Below, piece by piece: positions 42,049 to 50,610 of a DNA stretch of 64,000 bases. The DNA is from a bacterium (GTDB lineage Bacteria > UBA8248). Position 1 is the stretch's first letter. Each line of letters begins with the position of its first letter. The stretch spans positions 2,240,001 to 2,304,000 of the forward strand of contig OZ244799.1 in the NCBI GenBank assembly GCA_965219955.1, given 5' to 3'. The translations under genes were made by a program, and so were the position numbers. The notes beneath the pieces are model-generated. The model worked only from the letters and a program-made list of their open reading frames with translations, had not been told where the DNA came from and did no database searches.

Positions 42049-43050
42049 TTATCCCGGTTTGCGCGCCTTGTGGTAGTACATCGGCGTAAATATCCCCAGA
42101 CGCCCCGCCGCCACGAGGCTGTCGGCCGCAATGTTCAAAACTTCCTGTACCGCAAGCGACCCGGTGGGCACCGCGCGCACGCCTTCGAGGACGCGCAGCG
42201 CCGCCGTGGTGATTTTCCGGCCAAGCCGCGTTCTCGGCAGACCCCTCAGCGTCAGGCCGCCCCCCTCCAGCGACCGGTACCACGGCGTCCGCGGGTCGGC
42301 GTCCGGGGCGCGGTCGCGCGCCTCGATGTGTTCGAAACCAGCCGCCCGCAAGCCCTCGTTGACGTCTGAGAAGGAGGCGATTCCCGGCAGCGCATTGCCG
42401 AATTCGATACGCTGCATGACTTCTCGATGCGCCGGGTTTTCGCCGTCATACGCAGGAGTCACGCACCAGTCGTAGCCCGCGAAGACAGCCCCCGGCCGCA
42501 ATACCCGGAATATCTCGGCATAGGCGTCCGTCTTGTCCGGCGCATGAGCCAGGGCCTCGACATGGTAGGCCGCGTCGAAGCTCCCCTCTTCCGCCGGAAT
42601 GTTCATGAAATCGCCGTGCAAAACGCTGCACAGATTCTCCAGGCCGGCTTCTTTGTTGTACGCGGCGCACTTCTCGACCTGGTACGCGCTGATGTTGAGG
42701 CCGACGATCGACGCGCCGAACTTCCTGGCGAGCGAGCGTTGGGGGCCGCCTACGCCGCAGCCGACGTCCAGCACCTTCATGCCCGGCCCCAGGCCGATTC
42801 CCTCGCCCAGAAAATACTGATGCGCGGCGAGGGCTTCCTCGAAGGACGCGCCGCGCACCCCGGGCGCGAAGTGAAACGACTGGCCCCATCCGTACTCGTA
42901 AAAGTCGGTGATCAGATCGTAGAACGTATTGATCATGGCGGCGTATTCTTCCTTGCCGCGCTCCTGGCTGCTGCGGAACTTCGAGAGCGTTTCGGCCATC
43001 TCCTCCGGCGGAATCGCCCTGGAAATGGGATTATGAAAGTCAGCCGCCAT
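42049..43050 (-). CDS. Sterol C24-methyltransferase (ERG6/SMT family)
   Basis: Canonical SMT regions: FYDLITDFYEYGWGQSFHFA, VLDVGCGVGGP, YHVEALAHAP, YDW, IEFGNALP, GIFTPMYYHKARKP; ATG 43050 overlaps the Rieske stop. Confidence 0.9.
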   Translation of the reverse strand: MAADFHNPISRAIPPEEMAETLSKFRSSQERGKEEYAAMINTFYDLITDFYEYGWGQSFHFAPGVRGASFEEALAAHQYFLGEGIGLGPGMKVLDVGCGVGGPQRSLARKFGASIVGLNISAYQVEKCAAYNKEAGLENLCSVLHGDFMNIPAEEGSFDAAYHVEALAHAPDKTDAYAEIFRVLRPGAVFAGYDWCVTPAYDGENPAHREVMQRIEFGNALPGIASFSDVNEGLRAAGFEHIEARDRAPDADPRTPWYRSLEGGGLTLRGLPRTRLGRKITTAALRVLEGVRAVPTGSLAVQEVLNIAADSLVAAGRLGIFTPMYYHKARKPG

Positions 43051-44095
43051 TGCCGGTCTCCCTGTCCGGGTCATCCGCGGGGCCTTCAGGGTAGAACTGC
43101 CGGTACCACTCGCGCATCCTGCCCAGGGGGCCCTCGCCCGCAACCCCCGAAGGGCGTTGCCGGTAAATTTTATTTTTCCAGATATCCACGTCCTGCCGCC
43201 ATTGCGAGATCCAGTTCCCGACCACGTAGGAAATCAGAATCCGCGGAATTTTCCGGGCGGCGAACCACCGGAAGGATACCCGTTGCCTGAGCGCCTCGAG
43301 GGGGGTGTGCGTCTGGAACATCGTGATTTCGCCGATTTTCGGTATTTCGAATTCGAACTTCACGATACTGCCGGGACCGAGAAAGGTGATCAGCGCCCGC
43401 GCTCTCGTCTTCTCGTACACCCGGCCCCTTATCTCGAGCGCCGGGTCGTCCTGGAAATAGGCGACGTGCTCAAGCGTGTCATCGAGAAACCACGAAGGCT
43501 CGTGGATAATTCTTATCCAGGGCAATTGTATGTTGGTCCAGGGGATGCGCATTGTGCCGTGGAGCTCTGAAAAATGATGAAAGTCGACGCTGTTCTCGGC
43601 GAATTCGATGATGTGCATGTCCACTTCGCCCGCGTCGTAGCGGCCGCGGTAGACGAGCTCGCGCTCGTCGATCTTCGGCTCCTGCGGCAGCCGGTACGGC
43701 GCCTGAGCACCCTGGCGCGCCGAGTGGTAAATCATCACCATGCCGTAGTAGTCGATCGCCTCCCAATGCCGGTGGACGAGAGGCCGGTCTTTGGCGTGGG
43801 GCGGGTCGCATACTCTGCCGTCGCCGTCCAGCTGCCAGCCGTGAAACGGACATTGCAGCCGGTCCCCCTTTACCTCGCCGTGGGCCAGGTTGGCGCCCAG
43901 GTGCGGGCAGAATGCGTCCACGGCCGCAATCCGGCCGCTCGTCTTGCTGCGAAAAAGGGCGATCTGCTCCCCCACGCACTGAACGTGCTTCGCTTCTCCC
44001 GCCTTGATTTCCCCCGACGCCGCCACCCTGTACCAGCCGTCCGGATAAGGCGGCGGGTAGGTGCGTTCCCGGTAGCGCGTGAGAGCATCGGACAT
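43040..44095 (-). CDS. Rieske non-heme iron oxygenase, Neverland/DAF-36 (cholesterol 7-desaturase)-like
   Basis: PPPYPDGWY, Rieske CPH...CPFH, E-x3-D-x2-H-x4-H (ENSVDFHHFSELH), QDVDIWKNKIY, GP...MREWYRQFY. Confidence 0.82.
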   Translation of the reverse strand: MSDALTRYRERTYPPPYPDGWYRVAASGEIKAGEAKHVQCVGEQIALFRSKTSGRIAAVDAFCPHLGANLAHGEVKGDRLQCPFHGWQLDGDGRVCDPPHAKDRPLVHRHWEAIDYYGMVMIYHSARQGAQAPYRLPQEPKIDERELVYRGRYDAGEVDMHIIEFAENSVDFHHFSELHGTMRIPWTNIQLPWIRIIHEPSWFLDDTLEHVAYFQDDPALEIRGRVYEKTRARALITFLGPGSIVKFEFEIPKIGEITMFQTHTPLEALRQRVSFRWFAARKIPRILISYVVGNWISQWRQDVDIWKNKIYRQRPSGVAGEGPLGRMREWYRQFYPEGPADDPDRETGNGG

Positions 44096-44288
44096 GAAAG
44101 GGCACCCATTTCGCCAAAAAATCGAAAAAAAATCGCCAATTCAACGGATTTCCGGCGCATATTATAGGCCAGCAGCGGTTTGCGCCAGAGAAAAATCGTC
44201 GGGGAAGATGTGGATCGGCTTCTGGCGCCAATGAAAACACCGCTATCCGACCAAATGCGTTTCCGGATCCCGCAATCCCTCCCTCGTC

Positions 44289-44675
44289 GGGGGTGTTGAG
44301 AAAGTCCCTCGAAGAGGAAGTGACGCCTGCGCCTCCGCCCGGTTTCGGGTTTTGGCCGTCATTCCGGCGAAAGCCGGAATCCATTTTCGCCTTTGCCTTT
44401 TCGCCTCTTCGCCCGGACGTTTTTACGCCTGGGCGGGGAGGATCGGAATCGAACACAAAAGCAAAAGGCGAATTCTCTGGATTCTGCATCCGGACGCCGC
44501 GCAACAACAAGGTCGTGGCCACCCCGCCCGGTAAAAAGTCAAAATGGATTCCGGCTTTCGCCGGAATGACGGCTTCGTGGTGAACCGCATCAGCAGTCTC
44601 CGTAACAACGCCCGAATCCGGGCGCACACGAAACGCATCGTCAATTCCAACCGAGAAGATTTTTCAACACCCCCC
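44289..44675. mobile_element. TIR-bounded element with a perfect 26-bp REP inverted pair
   Basis: Left GGGGGTGTTGAGAAAGTCC; right GATTTTTCAACACCCCC; REP pair at 44358-44383 and 44545-44570. Confidence 0.72.
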
Positions 44676-44960
44676 TTCGGTCGGGATTGACATCAGATTG
44701 ACATTCAAAACCCCTAAACCCCCACTCTCCGAATGGGCCACATCCGTCTCTCACCAGGCTGCTCCTTGCTCAATCGATCCCGAAGTGTCAGGGTGAGAGG
44801 CGATACGGCCCCATCGTTCAGCGCGGGGCGAGACCGGCAGGGAACGTCCGAAAAACACCGGTTTCTGCGAGGGCGTACACGGGCGCTGTCCCGCTATGCC
44901 TGGCCGCGCGGGCGAGCGGCGCGGGGATGCGGGACCGGAGGGGTATTCAGGGAGGCGGCC

Positions 44961-45755
44961 ATGGCGGGCTTCGAGGAGGTTTCGATCGACAAACTGTTCC
45001 GCATCGACGGCGACAGCGCGCTGGTCACCGGGGCGGGCGGCGGGCTGGGACGAATCGCCGCGCTCGCGCTTGCCGGCGCGGGGGCGCATGTCGCGGTCAC
45101 CGATATCGATGCGGCGGCGGCCGAGCGGGTGACGGCGGAGATCAGGGACGCCGGCGGGGTCGCCGAGTCCTGGCGGCTCGATGTCGCCGACCGCAAGCGC
45201 ATCGACGCCGTGATCGACCAGGCGGCCGAGCGGTTCGGCGGGCTTCACATCCTGATCAACAACGCCGGCATCATCCGGCCCGGGCCGGCCGAGTCGCTTC
45301 CCGACGAGGACTGGGACGAGGTGGTCGAGGTCAACATGACCGCCCCGTTCGTCTGCGCGCGCCGGGCGGCGAAGCACATGCTGGCCCGGGGGGAGGGGCG
45401 AATCGTCTCGATCGCCTCGATCATGGGGTTCCGGGCGAACGCGATGGTTCCCCACATCCCCTACCAGGCGACCAAGGGGGCGCTCGTCAACATGACCCGC
45501 TCGCTCGCCGTCGAATGGGCGGGCCGGGGGGTCCGGGTGAACGCCATCGCGCCGACCTTCTTCTACACCGAACTCGGCGCCGACCTGCGCCGGCGCCGGC
45601 CCGAGCTCGTGGACGAGATCGAGGCGCGCACGCCGCTCGGCCGGCTCGGCGAGCCCGGGGAAATCGCCGGCGGCATCCTCTACCTCGCGAGCCCCGCCTC
45701 CTCGATGGTGACCGGCCACACGCTCGCGATCGACGGCGGCTGGCTCTCGACCTAG
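44961..45755 (+). CDS. Classical short-chain dehydrogenase/reductase
   Basis: TGAGGGLG, NNAG, YQATK, VNAIAP; ATG 44961 with GGAGG. Confidence 0.93.
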   Translation: MAGFEEVSIDKLFRIDGDSALVTGAGGGLGRIAALALAGAGAHVAVTDIDAAAAERVTAEIRDAGGVAESWRLDVADRKRIDAVIDQAAERFGGLHILINNAGIIRPGPAESLPDEDWDEVVEVNMTAPFVCARRAAKHMLARGEGRIVSIASIMGFRANAMVPHIPYQATKGALVNMTRSLAVEWAGRGVRVNAIAPTFFYTELGADLRRRRPELVDEIEARTPLGRLGEPGEIAGGILYLASPASSMVTGHTLAIDGGWLST

Positions 45756-45976
45756 CCTCCTGATTCAGGAGTTTTCATTCAACTCTCTCCCGGACGCCGA
45801 GTGTCATTCGGCGGAAGCGTTCGATGGCGGCCTCAAGCTCCGCGCTGAAGCGACGGTGGCCAGGGCCGAATCCCGGTGGATTCCGGGTATAGAGGGGTGA
45901 CGGGGGTGTAGGGTTTTGCAGCGGCGTCGAGCTTCCTGAGGAAGAGAAGCTCGAAAGTGTCCGCCCGCGCCGGGCA

Positions 45977-46159
45977 TTACGGCGATGGGGAATCGTCGGG
46001 TATGGCGGCGACGCGGCGCGAGGGACGGCGGACGTATTCGGAACCGGATGCGTCCTGCATGGTCCGAATGTCCCGGAAAATCTCCGCCACGTCGTAACCG
46101 AAGCGCGCCGCGCGCGCATCCCGCACAGCCCGCACCTCGGCGATTATGGAGTCATCCAT
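45977..46159 (-). CDS. Small hypothetical protein (MDDSIIAEVRAVRD..AARFGYD)
   Basis: Protein-like 60-aa helix from ATG 46159; resembles small partners found downstream of PIN-domain genes (recollection, unverified). Confidence 0.5.
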   Translation of the reverse strand: MDDSIIAEVRAVRDARAARFGYDVAEIFRDIRTMQDASGSEYVRRPSRRVAAIPDDSPSP

Positions 46160-46834
46160 TCGCCCGCTTCTTGGGTGGAGGAGCCGGAGGCGGTTTGGGT
46201 TTGGCGAAATTCCTGGGCTTGGACGATACGCCGTCCCCAACCCGAACCAGGCGTTTCGAGGGCGGTGGTATCGGTTCTTTGGCCATCGTTTACTCCTCCG
46301 TTTCTTCATCGGGCGAAGCATTCACAAACTCCCCTATTTCGAGTGCGCCTACTATTTCACCGGATGCCCAGTTCATACGCTATATATCCTCATAACTCGA
46401 CCAATGCGGCCTGGTGATCCTCGCCTGACGACCGAAAATGTATGAACCCCAAGCCCACCAGGGCGCAATAGTCTGGAAACCATATGCTTCCATGCCGGTC
46501 AGCGAACATCGGATCGCAACATACCCGAAGAGAAGCAGGACTCCCGTTGATACGCAAAGGAGGAATCCCGGCGCGAGTCTCTCGATGCTTTGCATCGTCG
46601 GTTTTCTTTGTGGGGTCTGGAGTGGAGCCTCGTGGAGTAGGTAATCCTATCATTTTCCTGGCGCGGCTCCAATCCGCCGCGTCGCATCGGGAGAGATACA
46701 ACCCGCAGGGGCGTCGGACTTCCCGAGGAAGAGAAATTCAACCGTGGCCGCCCGCGCCTGTGCGACAAGGGACAACCACGGGGCCTATCTGCGAAACCGC
46801 TCCCTGCTCAGGGCGGTGATTTTCGCCTTTGTTC

Positions 46835-47024
46835 GTCATTCCGGCGAATGCCGGAATCCAGAACGGATGAGAAGGGAAAGGCGGCGGCGTGATGATCCCG
46901 TAGGGGCGGCTCGCGAGCCGCCCTGTAATCCGAAGCGCATTCTCATCCGCAGGGAATGGCCTCCGCGCCGTCCCGCCCCTCCCCCGGCGTCGTCTCAGAT
47001 GTAGGGGACGCATACATGCGTCCC
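46835..47024. repeat. Cluster of REP palindromes
   Basis: GTCATTCC-type at 46835-46860; GTAG-type at 46900-46924 and 47001-47024. Confidence 0.75.
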
Positions 47025-47214
47025 TCTCGATCCCAAAACGCCCAAACAATCCCACTTCTTGATCGTGAATGTTCTTACCGGACACGACGAGACGGATTTG
47101 AGACGGGAGGAGGCGTTTCTGGGGGTGAGGGGGTTTGTGTGATTGGGGTATGGGGTTGGTATTCTCCATTTTTTGGCGTAATCTTTCCGGAAATCTCGTA
47201 CCGAGAGGACTCAT

Positions 47215-48711
47215 ATGTTCAGATGGTTTAAAGGTGGAGGCGGAAGGCCTGAGCCACCGCCGCCTGGTCAAGTTTTCCCGGAAATAGATGTGGATCGCAT
47301 CGCCGCCGTTCTCCGCCTCGAAAGGGAGGGGAACAAGCGGGGAGAGAAAAACCAGCCAGCATCCGACGAAGTGAATTTAGACCTGATCGAGCAGGAAATC
47401 GTCGATCACGTTGCTGAATTTCGTCACATGGGCATCAACAACTTCCAGGAACATTCCCAAGTGTATTCCGACCGCATCGCGCGGGCCGCCGGAATATCAA
47501 CGAACATTCAAACCGCCGTGGGCGACGCGGAAACCAATTTCATGGCGGAGATCAACACATGGAACGGCATCCTCGCGAACGAACGAAGCGATCGCCAACT
47601 CGTCGGCGAAGAGTTCGAAGACTTCCGCAATGAAAATCGGCTCAGGCGGACGGCGCACGAGGGTGGAGGACTTCTTCAATGGTTCGTCGTGTCGTTGCTC
47701 ATCCTTGTTGTAGAGTCGGTGCTGAACGGCGTATTTTTCGCCAATGCTCATACACTTGGTTTGCTTGGCGGCGTTTCCACCGCCATCGTAATTTCGATCT
47801 CCAATATCATCGTTGCGGCTATCGTGGCCTGGACAAGCCGAAATTTCAATCATCGCCGCTTTGGCCGGAAACTCATCGGCGCGCTCGCATTTCTGTGCGG
47901 CGTGGCCTTCGTGCCAGTCTTTAACCTTTTCGTGGCGCATTTCCGAAATGCCGCAGAAGCCGGAAAACCTTGGGGCGAAGCCGCAGGTCACGCGATTCAA
48001 AGAATCCAGTCGAATCCACTCGGGTTGGAGAGTATTGATGCGTGGATCCTCGGTATGGTCGGGATATTGGCGGCGATAGTCGCTGGCTGGAAGACTTACT
48101 ACTCGGGTGATCCCTATCCCGGCTACGGGCGTGTATGGAGAAAAATGCGCAATGCGCGGGATGCCTATGCCCAGAGGAACGAAGACGCGATCAGCACTGT
48201 AATAGAGAAGAGAGACGAAGCGGTGGACGCTCTTCAATTGGCGAGTGAGAACGCCAAGGCGCAGATTGCGGAAGCCGTAAGCGCGTCTAATGAAATGGCC
48301 TCGCTTCGCGGTCAACTCCGTTCATTTCTGGAGCAATGTAATCAAAAGGTGAACCTGTTGTTGACCATTTATCGGAATGCCAACCAAGAAAAACGAACAA
48401 CGCCGACTCCAGTACATTTTCCCGAGGACTTTTATTTCGAGCCGCACAAAACCGAGCAACCGCCAGCGAGTCAAAACCCGGCGGATGCTACGGCGATACA
48501 GCAACTCGACAAAGTCATCGCCGAGGCGATTGACCGCATCTATGTGGCTTGCAAGAAAGCTATTGAATCTTTCAAGTTGCCTGATGACATTGAATCCAGC
48601 ACGCTTGCGGTCAAGCCCGAGAGTATCCCATCCGGCGGAGGGACCGAGACGGACGACGGCGCGGCACCGCATCACATTGCGCCTTCGCCCGGCGGCAGGA
48701 CTTCGGTTTGA
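47215..48711 (+). CDS. Uncharacterised 4-TM membrane protein with long helical/coiled-coil N- and C-terminal regions
   Basis: GAGGA SD; four hydrophobic segments in the middle; first gene of a coupled operon. Confidence 0.8.
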   Translation: MFRWFKGGGGRPEPPPPGQVFPEIDVDRIAAVLRLEREGNKRGEKNQPASDEVNLDLIEQEIVDHVAEFRHMGINNFQEHSQVYSDRIARAAGISTNIQTAVGDAETNFMAEINTWNGILANERSDRQLVGEEFEDFRNENRLRRTAHEGGGLLQWFVVSLLILVVESVLNGVFFANAHTLGLLGGVSTAIVISISNIIVAAIVAWTSRNFNHRRFGRKLIGALAFLCGVAFVPVFNLFVAHFRNAAEAGKPWGEAAGHAIQRIQSNPLGLESIDAWILGMVGILAAIVAGWKTYYSGDPYPGYGRVWRKMRNARDAYAQRNEDAISTVIEKRDEAVDALQLASENAKAQIAEAVSASNEMASLRGQLRSFLEQCNQKVNLLLTIYRNANQEKRTTPTPVHFPEDFYFEPHKTEQPPASQNPADATAIQQLDKVIAEAIDRIYVACKKAIESFKLPDDIESSTLAVKPESIPSGGGTETDDGAAPHHIAPSPGGRTSV

Positions 48712-49535
48712 TGGCCCGCCGTGGCGCTTCGCGCCGAAGGCGTACTCGCAGGAGGACTGGGGGCACAATCCGTTCATTGATAGGATATTTGTTCATCGGA
48801 TTATTGGTTGTCTTAGGTCTTGGCGTCTTGATAGCAGTCTCGTGGCTGAAACCGCCCGAATACAACGAAACGACGCTGTGTCCGAAAACGGGTCCAGGAG
48901 CGGGGCTCGTCATCCTGCTCGACCTGACGGATCGCATCGGTTCTACTCAGCATACACGGTTGCGTAGCATCCTCGAAAAAGAAGTTGCTGAGGCGCGCCG
49001 GAACACGCTTATCGCCGTAGGCGCCGTCAATCCTGATCCCGGCAAGTGGGGCGTAGACTTCGCGCTCTGCAAGCCACAGGAAGGGAGTGCGGCAAACAAA
49101 CTGTATGAGAACCCTCGTCTTGTCGCCGAAAAATATGAAAAGGATTTCCGGCAGCCGTTCGCAGTCAATCTCGAAAAAATGCTGAAAGCCGAGCTTGCCG
49201 ACCGTTCTCCGATCATGGAGTCACTCCAAGCTGTGCTCGCCGCAACGCCCGGTTTCTTGGATGCTGAATATCCCCGTCGCGTGATTATCGTCTCGGATCT
49301 TTTGCAGCATAGTGCGGTTTTTAGCTTCTATAGAAGGGACACGTGGCGGAAATTTCAGCGCTCGCGCGACTTCGCGCGCCTTGCGCGCACTCTTCGAGGG
49401 GTAGATGTGCAAATTTTGCGGTTGCCGCGCCCCAAAGCGAAGATAGATCCCGCAGAAGTGGGAGATTTCTGGGCGAACTATTTCGATCAGGCGGGCGCGC
49501 GCAGTGTTCGCAGCCGGATGCTCGGCGACTTGTGA
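48711..49535 (+). CDS. Membrane-anchored VWA-like protein
   Basis: TGATG coupling; Arg-rich N-terminus plus TM; VILLDLTD, SPIMESL, VIIVSDLLQHS resemble MIDAS-bearing VWA strands. Confidence 0.65.
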   Translation: MARRGASRRRRTRRRTGGTIRSLIGYLFIGLLVVLGLGVLIAVSWLKPPEYNETTLCPKTGPGAGLVILLDLTDRIGSTQHTRLRSILEKEVAEARRNTLIAVGAVNPDPGKWGVDFALCKPQEGSAANKLYENPRLVAEKYEKDFRQPFAVNLEKMLKAELADRSPIMESLQAVLAATPGFLDAEYPRRVIIVSDLLQHSAVFSFYRRDTWRKFQRSRDFARLARTLRGVDVQILRLPRPKAKIDPAEVGDFWANYFDQAGARSVRSRMLGDL

Positions 49536-49542
49536 GTTCTTG

Positions 49543-50595
49543 ATGGCGGCCAAGACAAACCACATATACGACGTGACGCGTTCCGAAATGATGGACAAAT
49601 GGACACTTGCCTTCGCCTTCCTTCTGGGTACAGGCGGGACCTTTATTCTGAAGTATTACGAGACGGATCCTTTTCTGGTTGTGCTTTGGTCGGCGTTCAT
49701 TCTCCTAGCCTACGCGGCCGCCGCACGGTGGGTCGGACGGTATCGAATCGAAATGGAGACCATCGGAGACAATTGTTATTACCTTGGTTTCGTACTCACG
49801 CTCGTAAGCCTAGCGAGTACGCTTTATCTGCTTGTACGTGCCGAGGCGCAAACTGAAGTCATCCGCGATGTGATATCCGGTTTTGGGGTTGCGCTTACTT
49901 CAACCATCCTCGGGATCATCCTACGGGTTCTCCATATACGCATGAGTCCCGACATGGCTTCCTTAGACCGTCAAACCCGGGTAGAGCTTCACGCCGCAGT
50001 ACGGAACTTCAGGACGAATCTTTCGGCGAGCCTTCGTGAACTGAAACATTTCTCCGTAGAGACCGCACAAATGCTTTCCGAACAGCGTGATGCAATCCGT
50101 GGGGCGTCTAAGGAGGCCATAGAAGCACAGAAACAAATACTGACGGTAAGTGTTGAGGAGCAGATGAGAATCATGAGCAACACGATAGCCGCAGCGACCG
50201 ATGAAGCCACGCAAGCTATTTCGGGTGCAGTTTCCAACTCGGCAGCCGCTTCACAGGAGAAACTCCTCGCTCGCGTCTCCGAAATGCGCGAGGCCGTCTA
50301 TGACCTTGCCCACAAGGAGTCCGAAGCTCTCAAGACGCTCGTGGAGGATTCAACGGGAATCTCTAGTGAGAGCGGGAAAATACAAACTGCACTCATAGAA
50401 CTCGTAGATCGCCTTGAAGCAGTGTCGGCAAGCCTCGACGCGGCGGCCAAGCATGTTTCGCATGAACTTGAACCGGCTGCGATTAACATCGCAAATACGG
50501 TTGTCGATGCGGCTAATTCAACCCGCGAATTGGCAGTGGAATTGAAGAACGCACGAAGGGGAAACGGCTTCTGGGGCCGGTGGCGTTCCCGTTGA
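49543..50595 (+). CDS. ZorA/MotA-like ion channel subunit with long C-terminal helical tail
   Basis: GDNCYYLGFVLTL and GFGVALTSTILG TM motifs; ~200-aa Ala/Ser/Glu-rich tail. Confidence 0.7.
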   Translation: MAAKTNHIYDVTRSEMMDKWTLAFAFLLGTGGTFILKYYETDPFLVVLWSAFILLAYAAAARWVGRYRIEMETIGDNCYYLGFVLTLVSLASTLYLLVRAEAQTEVIRDVISGFGVALTSTILGIILRVLHIRMSPDMASLDRQTRVELHAAVRNFRTNLSASLRELKHFSVETAQMLSEQRDAIRGASKEAIEAQKQILTVSVEEQMRIMSNTIAAATDEATQAISGAVSNSAAASQEKLLARVSEMREAVYDLAHKESEALKTLVEDSTGISSESGKIQTALIELVDRLEAVSASLDAAAKHVSHELEPAAINIANTVVDAANSTRELAVELKNARRGNGFWGRWRSR

Positions 50596-50610
50596 CGAAG
50601 GAATCACGAT

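Noticed and set aside
43040-44095. Calling the Rieske enzyme KshA (steroid degradation)
   Set aside because: The N-terminal PPPYPxGW and E-x3-D iron motif fit Neverland better, and no kshB/kstD/hsa genes are nearby; not fully excluded
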